From positions 130,628,239 to 130,650,790 of the forward strand of contig JANKJI020000004.1 in the NCBI GenBank assembly GCA_024626585.2: a DNA stretch of 22,552 nt. Direction: 5' to 3'. The position numbers and the translations under genes were made by a program. The DNA is from Ginkgo biloba (lineage: Eukaryota > Plantae > Ginkgophyta). The notes beneath the pieces were generated by a model. The model saw only the letters and a list, made by a program, of their open reading frames with translations, did no database searches and was not told the origin of the DNA. Of this stretch, positions 11,872-21,670 are shown piece after piece (the first letter of the stretch is position 1; every line of letters starts with the position of its first letter).

Positions 11872-11954
11872 CTGTATTCCGCCAGGGGAGGGTGGAAGGA
11901 GGTTTTCAAGGCCGCACTAATAAATTAGTTGATGGATGCTACTCCTTTTGGCAG
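11872..11954 (+). CDS. ERA1: FTase beta internal coding exon C (5' end and acceptor lost in the N gap 11370-11871): xVFRQGRVEGGFQGRTNKLVDGCYSFWQ
   Basis: 27 codons from 11874 carry the GRTNKLVDGCYSFWQ signature, with the Zn-ligand Asp and Cys and the diphosphate-binding Arg, Lys and Tyr. Donor GTttgg at 11955 (phase 0). By homology only about 3 codons (D/N-W-A) should be hidden in the gap. Confidence 0.96.
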
Positions 11955-12054
11955 GTTTGGCTCTGACCATCCTTGTGTAGTATGTCTGAAATTAATCTTT
12001 ACTTGGCATTCACTTCTACTAGTGACTAGTTATTTGGTGTTGTTTACATTGCAG
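11955..12054 (+). other. Short GT-AG intron (100 nt)
   Basis: GTttgg...ttgcAG joining ...SFWQ to GGVFP... Confidence 0.95.
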
Positions 12055-12522
12055 GGAGGGGTATTTCCTCTTATCCAAAGGCTCTCTGAGCTCATGCATC
12101 AACAGTTGCGCATGTCTTGTGTAAAAGCAGGGCAATTTGATGCAAAGGCTAGTACAGTGCAATCTGAAGAAACTAAAAGGTCCTCCATGACCAGATTTAC
12201 TTGTTCAGCAGGACTTAGAGTTGTTGAAGAAAAAAATGCTCAACAGTCCGATGATTTTGTAGCTGATTCAATGCTTAATGAGCAATCTGAAGCTAGAGTG
12301 ATGGCAGAGAAGATTTTCCCAGCCATTGACTGTTTTTGCAAGACATCATTACAGATTGAAGCAGTAGAGGGAGAGGAAGATCCAGCTTGCCATAGTAGCT
12401 TGCCAAGTGACAGCGTCCAAAGCAGCAATGATTCTGGATTGACTTTTCTTGAAAAAGATATTGAATGTGGCCCTTTGTTTAACACTCATGCATTGCAAGG
12501 CTATATATTGTTATGTTCCCAG
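12055..12522 (+). CDS. ERA1: FTase beta penultimate coding exon D (468 nt, 156 aa), including the plant-specific variable insert
   Basis: Acceptor ttgcAG (12053-12054) and donor CAG|GTacct (12523), both phase 0. Starts GGVFPLIQRL and ends PLFNTHALQGYILLCSQ, matching the conserved FTB segments that flank the insert. The frame is open throughout (part of ORF 11929..12609). Confidence 0.95.
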
Positions 12523-12842
12523 GTACCTCTTTTTCAATGGCCAATTGAAATTAGGTTGTATTTGAGTCTATCCCATGTTGCACTAGACAACTTGATACTT
12601 AAAAATTGAAAACCTTGACTTGAATTTCATTTTGAAAGCCACATTAAAGACATATTTACATAGAAATTCCCATGTCCAGGCCATCTTGTACAACTCCTAC
12701 TAACTAGTTCTAACTATTACATCAATATCTACAAGAATATCAAAATCATACAAACATTTACAAGGTTGAGCGAGGAACCTTTATAGCATATTCACTAATC
12801 ACAAATGACCCGTTGGCACTAAAGGTTAGGCACCAGTATGCA

Positions 12843-13134
12843 TGTTGAAGTAAATGCAGCCCTTTCATGGGATACTGCTTTCTCTTCCCTGTACCTACTA
12901 CTAATTATGTACTTAATTAAGGATACTGTTAATTAAATATGTATAAATAGTCACTACTTTGAGGGAGGGGCACACAGGCATCCTATAAATATTAAAGCAA
13001 TATGTAACATCATCCATTATTCATTCATTCAATGTATTTTATAATTTGTGTTTACATCCCTGCCCATTATTTTGGGGATTGGCTTTCTTGAAGTGGCTAG
13101 GCCTAGAAGGTCTATCTCAGGTGGTGTCAAAGCC
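12843..13134 (+). mobile_element. Putative 5' LTR (about 277 bp, TG..CA) followed by a tRNA-iMet PBS
   Basis: tctCA-gg-TGGTGTCAAAGCC (13122-13134) is the PBS consensus TGGTATCAGAGCC with 2 mismatches. TATAAAT at 12984-12990. The TGTTGA start at 12843 is inferred, and no partner LTR was found. Confidence 0.6.
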
Positions 13135-14023
13135 GTTGAGTCCTTGTCTGGAATAAAGGAATAATAAATACATTTCAATAGCCTCTATCCTTTCTCCATC
13201 TACTGTCATCCGCATTTCTATTCTCGCCCATCACTTGCTTTTGTCTCCTAATTCTCTTTGCATTTTGCTTCTTAAGTTCCATTGTTTCTAGTCATTGTTT
13301 CAAGCATCCTGCGTCTATCTCCACAGTGTCGTAGCTCCCAGTCACTGCTTTGAGCATTCCGGCTTCCTCCATCCTTTGCAGCTGAGCTCGTTCATCACCT
13401 TCATACCCTATTTTATTCACTCTTCATCCCGCAGCGATTTCACCTCAGCGCCACTCTGCCTTACCATTATGTCTAAACACCATAATCTCAACCTATCCCA
13501 TTGGCATGGGAGCTTCAGTAGATCGGGTCGTCATCGAGTCTGTTGGTCGTAAATAGTGGGCTTTTTGCATCAAGTGCCAAATTAGATATAACAACGCGCA
13601 TCATTGCCGTGTCTACAATGCAAGAACACAAGCTGACGTTTTCCCTTTGTTTAATAATTTTAAAGTCTTTGTAAAAAATTAAAAAGGGAATACTCTTCAG
13701 CATATTTCAAAAGTAATTTATAACAACCTCTTTTAAAGTGCTTAATAGTTAGGCGAATCACAAGGTTGAGCTAGTTGCATTATATTCATCAATCTTGTCA
13801 ACAGATGCAGAATTAAATCAAAGCATCCAACAAATGGAGACATGTGGACCGAGTAACAAATTAGGTATAAAAAATACATGCTAAGATAGACGAGACTGAT
13901 GAATTAATTACACAACTATAAACAAAATATGAAGAACAACAAGGATTCATAACTACATTGTAGCATCCACAATGATCAACATCACCGCATAACTTAACAA
14001 TAATAAATAGAATTAATATGTAA

Positions 14024-14230
14024 ATGGAATTGCCAGGGTTCAATGACAAAAATCAAGAAAGATGCAAGAGATTGGGTTAATAAATTAAAACACTATTTCA
14101 AAATCCCTCAAACAGGCAAAGAACATATAAATATTGCAACATTACATTTAGATGGAATGTCCTATGACTAGTTCTTACGATGGTTTGAGGAATCAAGTTG
14201 GGTTATAGTAACATGCAAAACATTCATCAT
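14024..14230 (+). mobile_element. Ty3/Gypsy gag relic
   Basis: Reads MELPGFNDKNQE / (frameshift) DARDWVNKLKHYFKIPQTGKEHINIATLHLDGMSYD*FLRWFEE, matching LPxFxG..WxxKxxxYF...IAxLHLDGxAxxWxxW. Confidence 0.75.
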
Positions 14231-14384
14231 TATTCAAAAAAATAAAATAAAAACATGTGAGAAAATGATTACTTTAATCAATAGNNNNNNNNNNNNNNNN
14301 NNNNNNNNNNNNNNNNNNNNNNNNNNNNNNNNNNNNNNNNNNNNNNNNNNNNNNNNNNNNNNNNNNNNNNNNNNNNNNNNNNNN

Positions 14385-14856
14385 GTTAAAGATATAGATA
14401 AAATGCCACCACCGCAAACACTCAAAGAAATCCAAAGTTTCCAAGGTAGAGTCAATTATATGAGAAAATCCGTGCAAGAGTACTCTGTCAATCTTGAAGG
14501 GTTGTTACGGCTTTCAAAAAGAACATTCTATTCATATGGGATAACAAAGCTTAACTAGCTTTCTACGGGCTTAAAAATGCTTTACAACAACCCTCATCCT
14601 ACAATCTTCCAGAGGTTTAATCTTATATCTCTCAACTTTTGACCAAGCAATATTCATTCTAATACAACAAGACAATAAAAAGGTGGCATGTGGAAATTAT
14701 TACATAAGTGAGACACTGTCTAATCCACAATTTATAAGTTTTCACTCATGAAGTAGTATTGTCTTGCCTTAATCAACCCTATCAAAAAATTGTGTTATTA
14801 CTTGCTTGATAACCATACAAAAGTAATCGTCCCATTAACCCTCTCAAGTATCTTTC
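14385..14856 (+). mobile_element. Ty3/Gypsy (non-chromovirus, Tat/Ogre-like) RT thumb and RNase H relic
   Basis: VKDIDKMPPPQTLKEIQSFQGRVNYMRK (RT thumb), then with frameshifts NYYISETL...YCLALINPIKKLCYYLLDNHTKVI...NPLKYL (RNase H motif YYxSxxL..CLAL...KLRxYL). Confidence 0.85.
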
Positions 14857-17412
14857 AACCCACTCCTAGTTACCCCAAAACATGAGCACACATAGGGCTA
14901 ATAAAAAATCATACATGTGTTCAAGCAAGAACTAACTAAGATCCCTCAATAAATTCTCAACTAACAACCATGTTGCTCGAGACACCAATCTACGATTTTC
15001 TACTACAGCAAGGCAAAATGGCTTGCATGATACAAACAAATGGTTTCCTATGTCCATAAATGATATCATACGTCATAATAACAATAAATAGCGATAAATG
15101 CATCCAAATGACCCCTCTATTAGAGTCACCCTACTTTGAATGAGTTGCTCATGCACATTTAGGGTTCCATCCTGTTTGTATTAATTTATTTGAACAAATT
15201 CTAAATTCTAGCTCATACTATTTTATTATTAATTTATTTTGCAAACAGTTTATATTAATTTACAGTAATGTGGAAATTCTGTAGAAAACCAAGGTTCTTG
15301 AATACTTATAGAAATTGGGGGACTTATTTGATCAAAATGCTCTGATTGAAGATGTTGAAGGTACCTATGGATGAAAATATCTTGTTTCCTAGCCAGAATG
15401 TAGAGCACTCTATAGTATAGACTTCTATTAGGTCGAAACTTGCTTGTAAGGNNNNNNNNNNCATATGCTTGTGTCACCTTTTTGGGCTAGTAGTAGCTAC
15501 AAGTGACTTCCATGGTTTGAAATGACCTTGTAGGGTAAGACATCAACCCCAAAAGGAAACACTCAACAAGAAGCATGCAAAATGAGGGTTAGGTGAGACA
15601 TCAGCTTGCCAGTGTAAAATTTGCACAACTCTCTAGAAAATAGGTGTTGTTGTCAAAGTGCCTAGCTATAATGATGCATAAAATGGATGAGGTAAGGCGT
15701 CACATGTCCATCCACAAAATAGCCTCGTAATTCAGAAATTCAATGCCTAAAAAAGAGCTTCTAGTTGTGCAACATGAAGTTTGAAACCAAAAGAAGAAAG
15801 TACCAANNNNNNNNNNNNNNNNNNNNNNNNNNNNNNNNNNNNNNNNNNNNNNNNNNNNNNNNNNNNNNNNNNNNNNNNNNNNNNNNNNNNNNNNNNNNNN
15901 NNNNNNAATTAGAGATTTGGATACAAGGAAGGTTTGTAATAGAAAAATCAGGTGGGAATCTACTATCTTTTGCCAAGAATATCGATTCATTGGTTACAAT
16001 GACCTGGTGAGGATGGAGAGATGTTGTAGCCCAAATAAAGACAATACATGTAATAAAGGAAAAGCAAGGAGGACACAGGACATTAGCTCCTTGGGACAAA
16101 ATTCATTAGTACCAAATTTAAAGTCATTGTGCAATACTTTATGGAAGCCTCAATACAACGTATAACTATTATGAGACCATTACAAGGCCTTAGGCTAACA
16201 ATGACACCAATTGTTGAGGTCCAAGGCATACAATAGCTCAAGACCTTTGAAGTGAGTGGTCCTAAGCCTACGTTTGTTCAGGAAATGATGCTTCAAAGGC
16301 CGAAGACAAGATGTGCAGTTACTTTGTTGGCTTGTCAAGCATCCACAAGTCCAAATAGGTCCACAAGTCAGTTAGAAAGTTAGCAATGGTCAACTGGAGC
16401 GACTTTTAAGGCAACAAAGCTTACCTAAAGCTAGTTAAATTGATGTCGGCCTAGATAAGATGGAATTGGGCCCACCCCAAGCATCACTTGCCTATGTATG
16501 CAGCTAATAGACCTCATCTTCACTATCATCTAAGATAATGCTCCAAAATTTCTGACTTGGGACAATAATATTCATAACAATTGCAACTTGGAGGCATTAG
16601 CTTGATTTGCAACTTGCATGTTTCATCTTAGTTTGACTTAACACTACCTTTAGGGAGTTGGACTTGCATTTTTTCTTCAATGGGAAGTTCATTGGGCATT
16701 AGAGTACGACTTGCACCTTTCCTTTTGCATATTTTCTCTACATGTTTTGGGTTTCAAGGGTTTTGTGCTCTACTTAAGGGTCTGGTGGTCATTGGAAGGT
16801 TGCCTATCACCTTCCTCTCCTTTAGGAGACTTTGCCACTACTTCTTGAGCACTTATTCTAGTTCACCACAACACTTCATCTCCTTTGCCTTCAATTTTGA
16901 AGCTAATGTGCAACTCACCTTGCACTTTTAAGCTTATTGCCTTGCCTTTTGAGACTTCAACCTTCAATTTTGCTCCAAAATAGGGTTTGCTAAGCTACAA
17001 AAGACCAAAAACAACTGAAGAACAAGACATAAAGAGTCCATGACTAGTTTGGTAAGCTTAAACATGCCCTTTTTATAGTTTTCTAATGGACACGTCATGT
17101 TGTTTCAATTTCTTGTTGTCAATTAGAACCTTGCAAGTAAGCAACAAGCTGAATGGGTTTATTTTTAGCATTTTAGCTCTATTAAATTTCAACATACATA
17201 GCAGCCATAAATAAATGCTTTCTTTTACCATAAGTTGGTTTGGAATGGTTGTCTACATTGATTGCATGGGCTAAATACTTGAGGTTGAGACTTTGTTGAA
17301 TGTACACTGCATGTAGGCCTAATTGGCCTTCAAGGATGAAAAGGCAAAGGAATGGAAAAAAACAAACAANNNNNNNNNNNNNNNNNNNNNNNNNNNNNNN
17401 NNNNNNNNNNNN

Positions 17413-17633
17413 ACCATGACGCAAGTGTATGTGGAGAAAGTTGATTTTGTGGATCCACAAATGGCGAGGATTGAGTTTGTAGATCAACAATGCAAGGAGG
17501 ATTGATTCTAAAGATCCAAGAAGGGTTAATACTTTTTGTAAGGGAGTGGCATCCTATAATAGATGATACAAGGATGGAACCATTAGATATGGTGTTCCTA
17601 CCTTTGATGTTGGGGGAGCATATAAGTCCCTTT
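17413..17633 (+). mobile_element. Possible LINE ORF1 (DUF4283-like) fragment
   Basis: RIEFVDQQCKED ... LILFVREWHPIIDD loosely resembles FxFxxxxD...LxLxxWxP. Flanked by N gaps, weak match. Confidence 0.3.
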
Positions 17634-18225
17634 NNNNNNNNNNNNNNNNNNNNNNNNNNNNNNNNNNNNNNNNNNNNNNNNNNNNNNNNNNNNNNNNNNN
17701 NNNNNNNNNNNNNNNNNNNNNNNNNNNNNNNNNCAGTGATAATGCCCGTTTGGCTTGCTTAGACCTAATTAATGCATCCAACCTTCCTCTTTCCTCCTTG
17801 GACCATACTTTGACCAAGGTTGACCGCCCTTGTAGCATGCAATGTGACAAGTTGCATTCTCATCAACTCATATGAACTCACTGATGCTACAGGGATGTAA
17901 CCATTTGGGGAACTAATTCCTTTAGCACCTCAAATATGCCTAGCCCCGAAGCTTGTAAATTTTACTTATTTATTTTAATTAGTAGGAAGCCTTCAATCCC
18001 AATATCATCCTTGTATCACAATACATGCTATTGACTGGAATGGTGCAAAAATCCACACACAGAGACTTGAAATGACTCTCTATCTACTTCTTTAAGTTGG
18101 AATTATTCTCATAGATATTGCAAGAAGTATAAAGTCTGTACAAAGTCTGGAAGAACCTATTCCAGGCAAAGGTTGGATCAAATTAAAATCTCATCTTGCC
18201 CATGGATGAATATAAGAATTGTTGG

Positions 18226-18683
18226 AATGGATATCATCCTTTGGTAATGTCAACAGCAAGTTTTGTGGTTTTTTGGAAACAAAATGTATTAAAAAGGAAA
18301 AAATTTCCTAGCCAAGGATACACACTGGTAGGAAGGTATCCTTTCAACCTTGAGAGGCACAATTCATAACAGATTAATGTATGTCAATTGAAGGATTGTG
18401 CAGGTTGATTTTTCAAAAGGTGGTACAAAATCTTTACTATTCTCCTTTTTCTTTACCATCCTCTATCCTAGGCAAATGGATGTCATGCTTTGGCCATGTC
18501 AACAGCAGGTTTTGTGGTTCTTTTGGAAACAAAATACATTAAAGCAGGAACATTTCCTAGCCAAGGATACAAACTGGTAGGAAGGTATCCTTCTAACCTT
18601 AAGAGACACAATACATAACAGATTAATGTATGTTAGTTGAAGGAATATGCACGTGGCTTTTTCAAAATGTAGGACAAAATCTT
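18226..18683. repeat. Diverged direct duplication: about 209 bp units at a 249 bp period (18226-18434 and 18475-18683)
   Basis: Colinear shared blocks: atgtcaacagca.gttttgtggtt, tttcctagccaaggataca.actggtaggaaggtatcctt, cataacagattaatgtatgt, acaaaatctt. Confidence 0.92.
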
Positions 18684-19139
18684 GACCAATGTCCACTCTA
18701 ATGAATAACTTAATAATAACTTATGAAATACTTATTATTAGTATTTAGTAGTTTTGAATTTATAATAAAAAATTATGAATAAGTCACTTTCACTTGACAA
18801 GGGCATACACCACATAAACACTTTCTCTCTTTTCTTCTACTAGTCTTTAAAGAAGCATGGGGGATTTTCCTACCTAGATTCCTAAGGTTTAATTCANNNN
18901 NNNNNNNNNNNNNNNNNNNNNNNNNNNNNNNNNNNNNNNNNNNNNNNNNNNNNNNNNNNNNNNNNNNNNNNNNNNNNNNNNNNNNNNNNNNNNNNNATTC
19001 GCAAGGGCCACCATTTTTAACTGTGATCTGTCAGTTACTCTGATTAAGAGGTGGGTTAATTTGTACAATCGCAAACCTAGGATGAACTGTTGCATTGATA
19101 CATACAAGAAGCATAAATCCAAGCATGTGCAGCAGTATA

Positions 19140-20350
19140 GGTGAGAAGAAATTTCAATGAGACTGAGAATCACTGCAGTGAGCATTTGCCCTTATCCAGA
19201 GATATTCCAGTTTTTCATCCCAAAGAAGTTGTCAAGGTATCAGGATATTTCAACTTTTGTGAAGCTCACCCGCCATCACCAAGGACTTCTAGAAAGGAGC
19301 CACTTCACGTTGGTGAAGAAAGTAAATGGCATGACATAAGAAGCTGCCAACAATTGCAAAACTGTATTATCCCATGGTTTCTTGTAGAATAGGAATGACA
19401 CACAATATTTCTAACAGAGAATCAGGACCACATAAGCATGTTCCATGTTTGGGCAGCTGCATTTGGTTTGGAGTTCTTACAGACTGCTTCAAAAGTAGTA
19501 CGCCTGAGCTATCACATTTCCTGGAAAAGTAATTCNNNNNNNNNNGCAGGCTCTTTCCTTGATGACTTCAATTTTCTATTGCTTTCCTTGTTAATTCTTA
19601 GGTGGTGTTGCAAGGAAAATATTATTTTGTGATAGGAATACATCTTGTATCCCATCAGAAAACCCTTATAAAATGGTCATCTATAATATGCGGTAGAGAC
19701 ATTAAACAAAATGATTGGGGAATGAAACTGACTTGCCACTTTTATTATCAAGGATGGAGCTTGAGACTTTAAATGTAATGTTGCTAAAATATTGCATTAA
19801 AGCATATATATAGACTGCACTTAAAGGTGAAAACATGCAGTGCTTACAGATTAGAGAGCCAGCTAAAAGTCCATTCTGCACTTCTTTTTTGTATGCCAAA
19901 CAACCACATTAATCAAGTACAATTGGGATTTAGTGAGGCATTATATCATTGCATCATGCTATGCTTCTCCAAATTGTGTTAGTGGTCATTACTTGCAGAT
20001 GTATGTTTTGATTGCGTGGCTGCCTGCTGTGGTAGTTTCTTGGGTGTCCAACAAGCATAAATATTTGAGATAAATTGTGGAACATCATAGCCAAAGCAAA
20101 TATTATAGAAAGCTTGTTGAATACAAAGGACATTAGTAGATAGGGAAGCCTCGTANNNNNNNNNNNNGAAAGTTACTGGTAAAATCACAAATGTTGTGAA
20201 GGTCTGATACACCTATATTGCTTTCAAGTGGATGCCAAAAATTTCATTTCATTTCGATTTGGGCAGGTTAATGCTTAACCCAAAGATTCATAGCAGTCAA
20301 GGACAATGTGCTGCATCCAGGCACAAGTCTTGTAACTTTCAAGTGCATTG
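19140..20350 (-). mobile_element. Highly decayed LINE ORF2 relic (RT end and post-RT region)
   Basis: Minus-strand fragments ESLG(L)SINLPKSK near 20255-20295 (compare SGLxINxxKS) and SFIPQSFCLMSLPHIIDDHFIRVF*W near 19650-19730 (compare IPxY..LP....IRxFLW) occur in the expected order. The boundaries are approximate. Confidence 0.4.
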
Positions 20351-20453
20351 AAGACATGGATTTTCTCATTTTTTTGACTAAGTACTTTGAATTTGCATCA
20401 ATTATGGAATTGAGAAAAGCCTTGTATTTACTTACGTTTAGTTCATGTTGCAG

Positions 20454-20693
20454 GTGCTTGAAGGAGGATTAAGAGACAAACCTGGAAAGTTTCGAGATTA
20501 CTATCACACTTGCTATTGTCTTAGTGGTTTGTCTACTGCTCAGTACAGCTGGTCACGAAGAGTTGGAGCTCCTCCCCCTCCTAGCGCTGTGTTGGGTCCA
20601 TTTACTAACTTGCTGGAACCAGTGCACCCTCTCTTCAATGTTGTTTTAGATCGATATTATGATGCACATAGATACTACTCAAGTTTGCACTAA
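20454..20693 (+). CDS. ERA1: FTase beta terminal coding exon E (79 aa + TAA)
   Basis: Acceptor gttgcAG (20452-20453), phase 0. Reads VLEGGLRDKPGKFRDYYHTCYCLSGLSTAQYSW...VLGPFTNLLEPVHPLFNVVLDRYYDAHRYYSSLH*. Contains the DKPGK motif (the Mg-binding Asp diagnostic of FTase versus GGTase-I) and DYYHTCY (Zn-ligand His). Confidence 0.97.
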   Translation: MLEGGLRDKPGKFRDYYHTCYCLSGLSTAQYSWSRRVGAPPPPSAVLGPFTNLLEPVHPLFNVVLDRYYDAHRYYSSLH

Positions 20694-21000
20694 GTCACCA
20701 TTACTGGTACTTATATCATCTCCTTGAGGCAGGCATGGTTCTGTCGACTGTTTAGATGATGTACTGCACCTGTGAAAATTGATCAACACTATGCATTTTA
20801 TATACTCTCTTTATTGCATTTCATGTGTGTCATGACTTCCTCTGATCCGAACTAAACAACATGAACATAATTTGATCGGGGGTGCACCTTTTGTTACCAT
20901 GTTTCATTGCACATTCATGTATTTTTTCTGCGTATTGAGTTGAGCTGAATTGCTACATGTGATACTTTCTGATAAGGCCAAGGCCCAAAACATTGTCGCA
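20694..21000 (+). other. Probable 3' UTR of FTB (end not defined)
   Basis: T/TG-rich sequence directly after the TAA stop. I found no clear canonical AATAAA, so the end coordinate is approximate. Confidence 0.55.
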
Positions 21001-21429
21001 ATTCTGATTGTGTATTGGTTTCTCTTAATATCTTTATGTATTATTGGGTATCATCATAAATATATTAATAGAAGAATGTTANNNNNNNNNNNNNNNNNNN
21101 NNNNNNNNNNNNNNNNNNNNNNNNNNNNNNNNNNNNNNNNNNNNNNNNNNNNNNNNNNNNNNNNNNNNNNNNNNNNNNNNNTGATACACCTAAAACCTAC
21201 ACGGCACTAACAAAGAAGCTAGTTATGGGCCATATTACAACATTTCCAACCTTATAATATAATTATCTAAGCATATTTTAAGCCATCAATCCTTACAACT
21301 TTGATTAATTTTGGTGAGTTTCCATGAGCATAATAGATGATGCAGTCTGCTAGATTCTATGGGTTAAATTTATTATTAGTTTGATTAAACATCCCACCAC
21401 AAACATGGAGTGAAAATTAAAAAAGTATG

Positions 21430-21670
21430 AATATGAAGATAATTGTGAAGTCTTATAATGCATACATCCCACCACCATATAGAATAAGGATCCTTTTTTT
21501 TCAAAGGCACTTCATCCTCATATTAGATAAGGAGAAGCATATATATCAGCATGATTATGGCCTCATTTCTTCACTCAACCTTCACAGCTATTGCATTGAA
21601 GGGACTAATAATATTCATATTTCCTTGCCCTTGGGATTATGCATCTCATCCCACGGAAGTCACCATTGTT
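21430..21670 (-). mobile_element. Decayed LINE-1-like ORF2 post-RT fragment downstream of the gene
   Basis: The minus strand reads LPWDEMHNPKGK / (frameshift) QGNMNIISPFNAIAVKVE*R, resembling WxxxCxPKxxGGLGI...FNxALxxKxxWR. Confidence 0.45.

Larger units (their letters stand above)
12523..20453 (+). other. Long TE-filled last intron (7931 nt nominal)
   Basis: GTacct...ttgcAG joining ...LLCSQ to VLEGGLRDKPGK in phase 0. Confidence 0.93.

Noticed and set aside
11929-12609. 226-aa ORF as a stand-alone gene
   Set aside because: Its start lies out of frame in exon C and runs through the 100-nt intron, and its tail is intronic. Only 12055-12522 is FTB coding sequence.
15250-15450. Possible LINE zf-RVT fragment (YLWMKISCFLA)
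   Set aside because: A single short motif, not distinguishable from chance without a search.
15907-17060. ORFs of 80-110 aa on both strands
   Set aside because: No recognisable domain. Probably non-coding or accessory portions of a decayed TE.
20445-20453. ATG start of the 82-aa ORF
   Set aside because: atgttgcag is the splice acceptor. The peptide is the C-terminal exon of FTB, not an independent small protein.
2000-20693. Alternative identity as GGTase-I beta or Rab GGTase beta, or as a pseudogene
   Set aside because: GRTNKLVDGCYSFWQ, LRDKPGK and DYYHTCYCLSGLS are FTase-beta-type motifs. No stops or frameshifts in the visible exons, and all visible splice sites are canonical.
20765-20886. 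Potential 3' UTR stem (tgcacc..gatcaa / ttgatc..ggtgca)
   Set aside because: Only two 6-bp helices with a large asymmetric bulge and long loop. Expected by chance and not miRNA-like.
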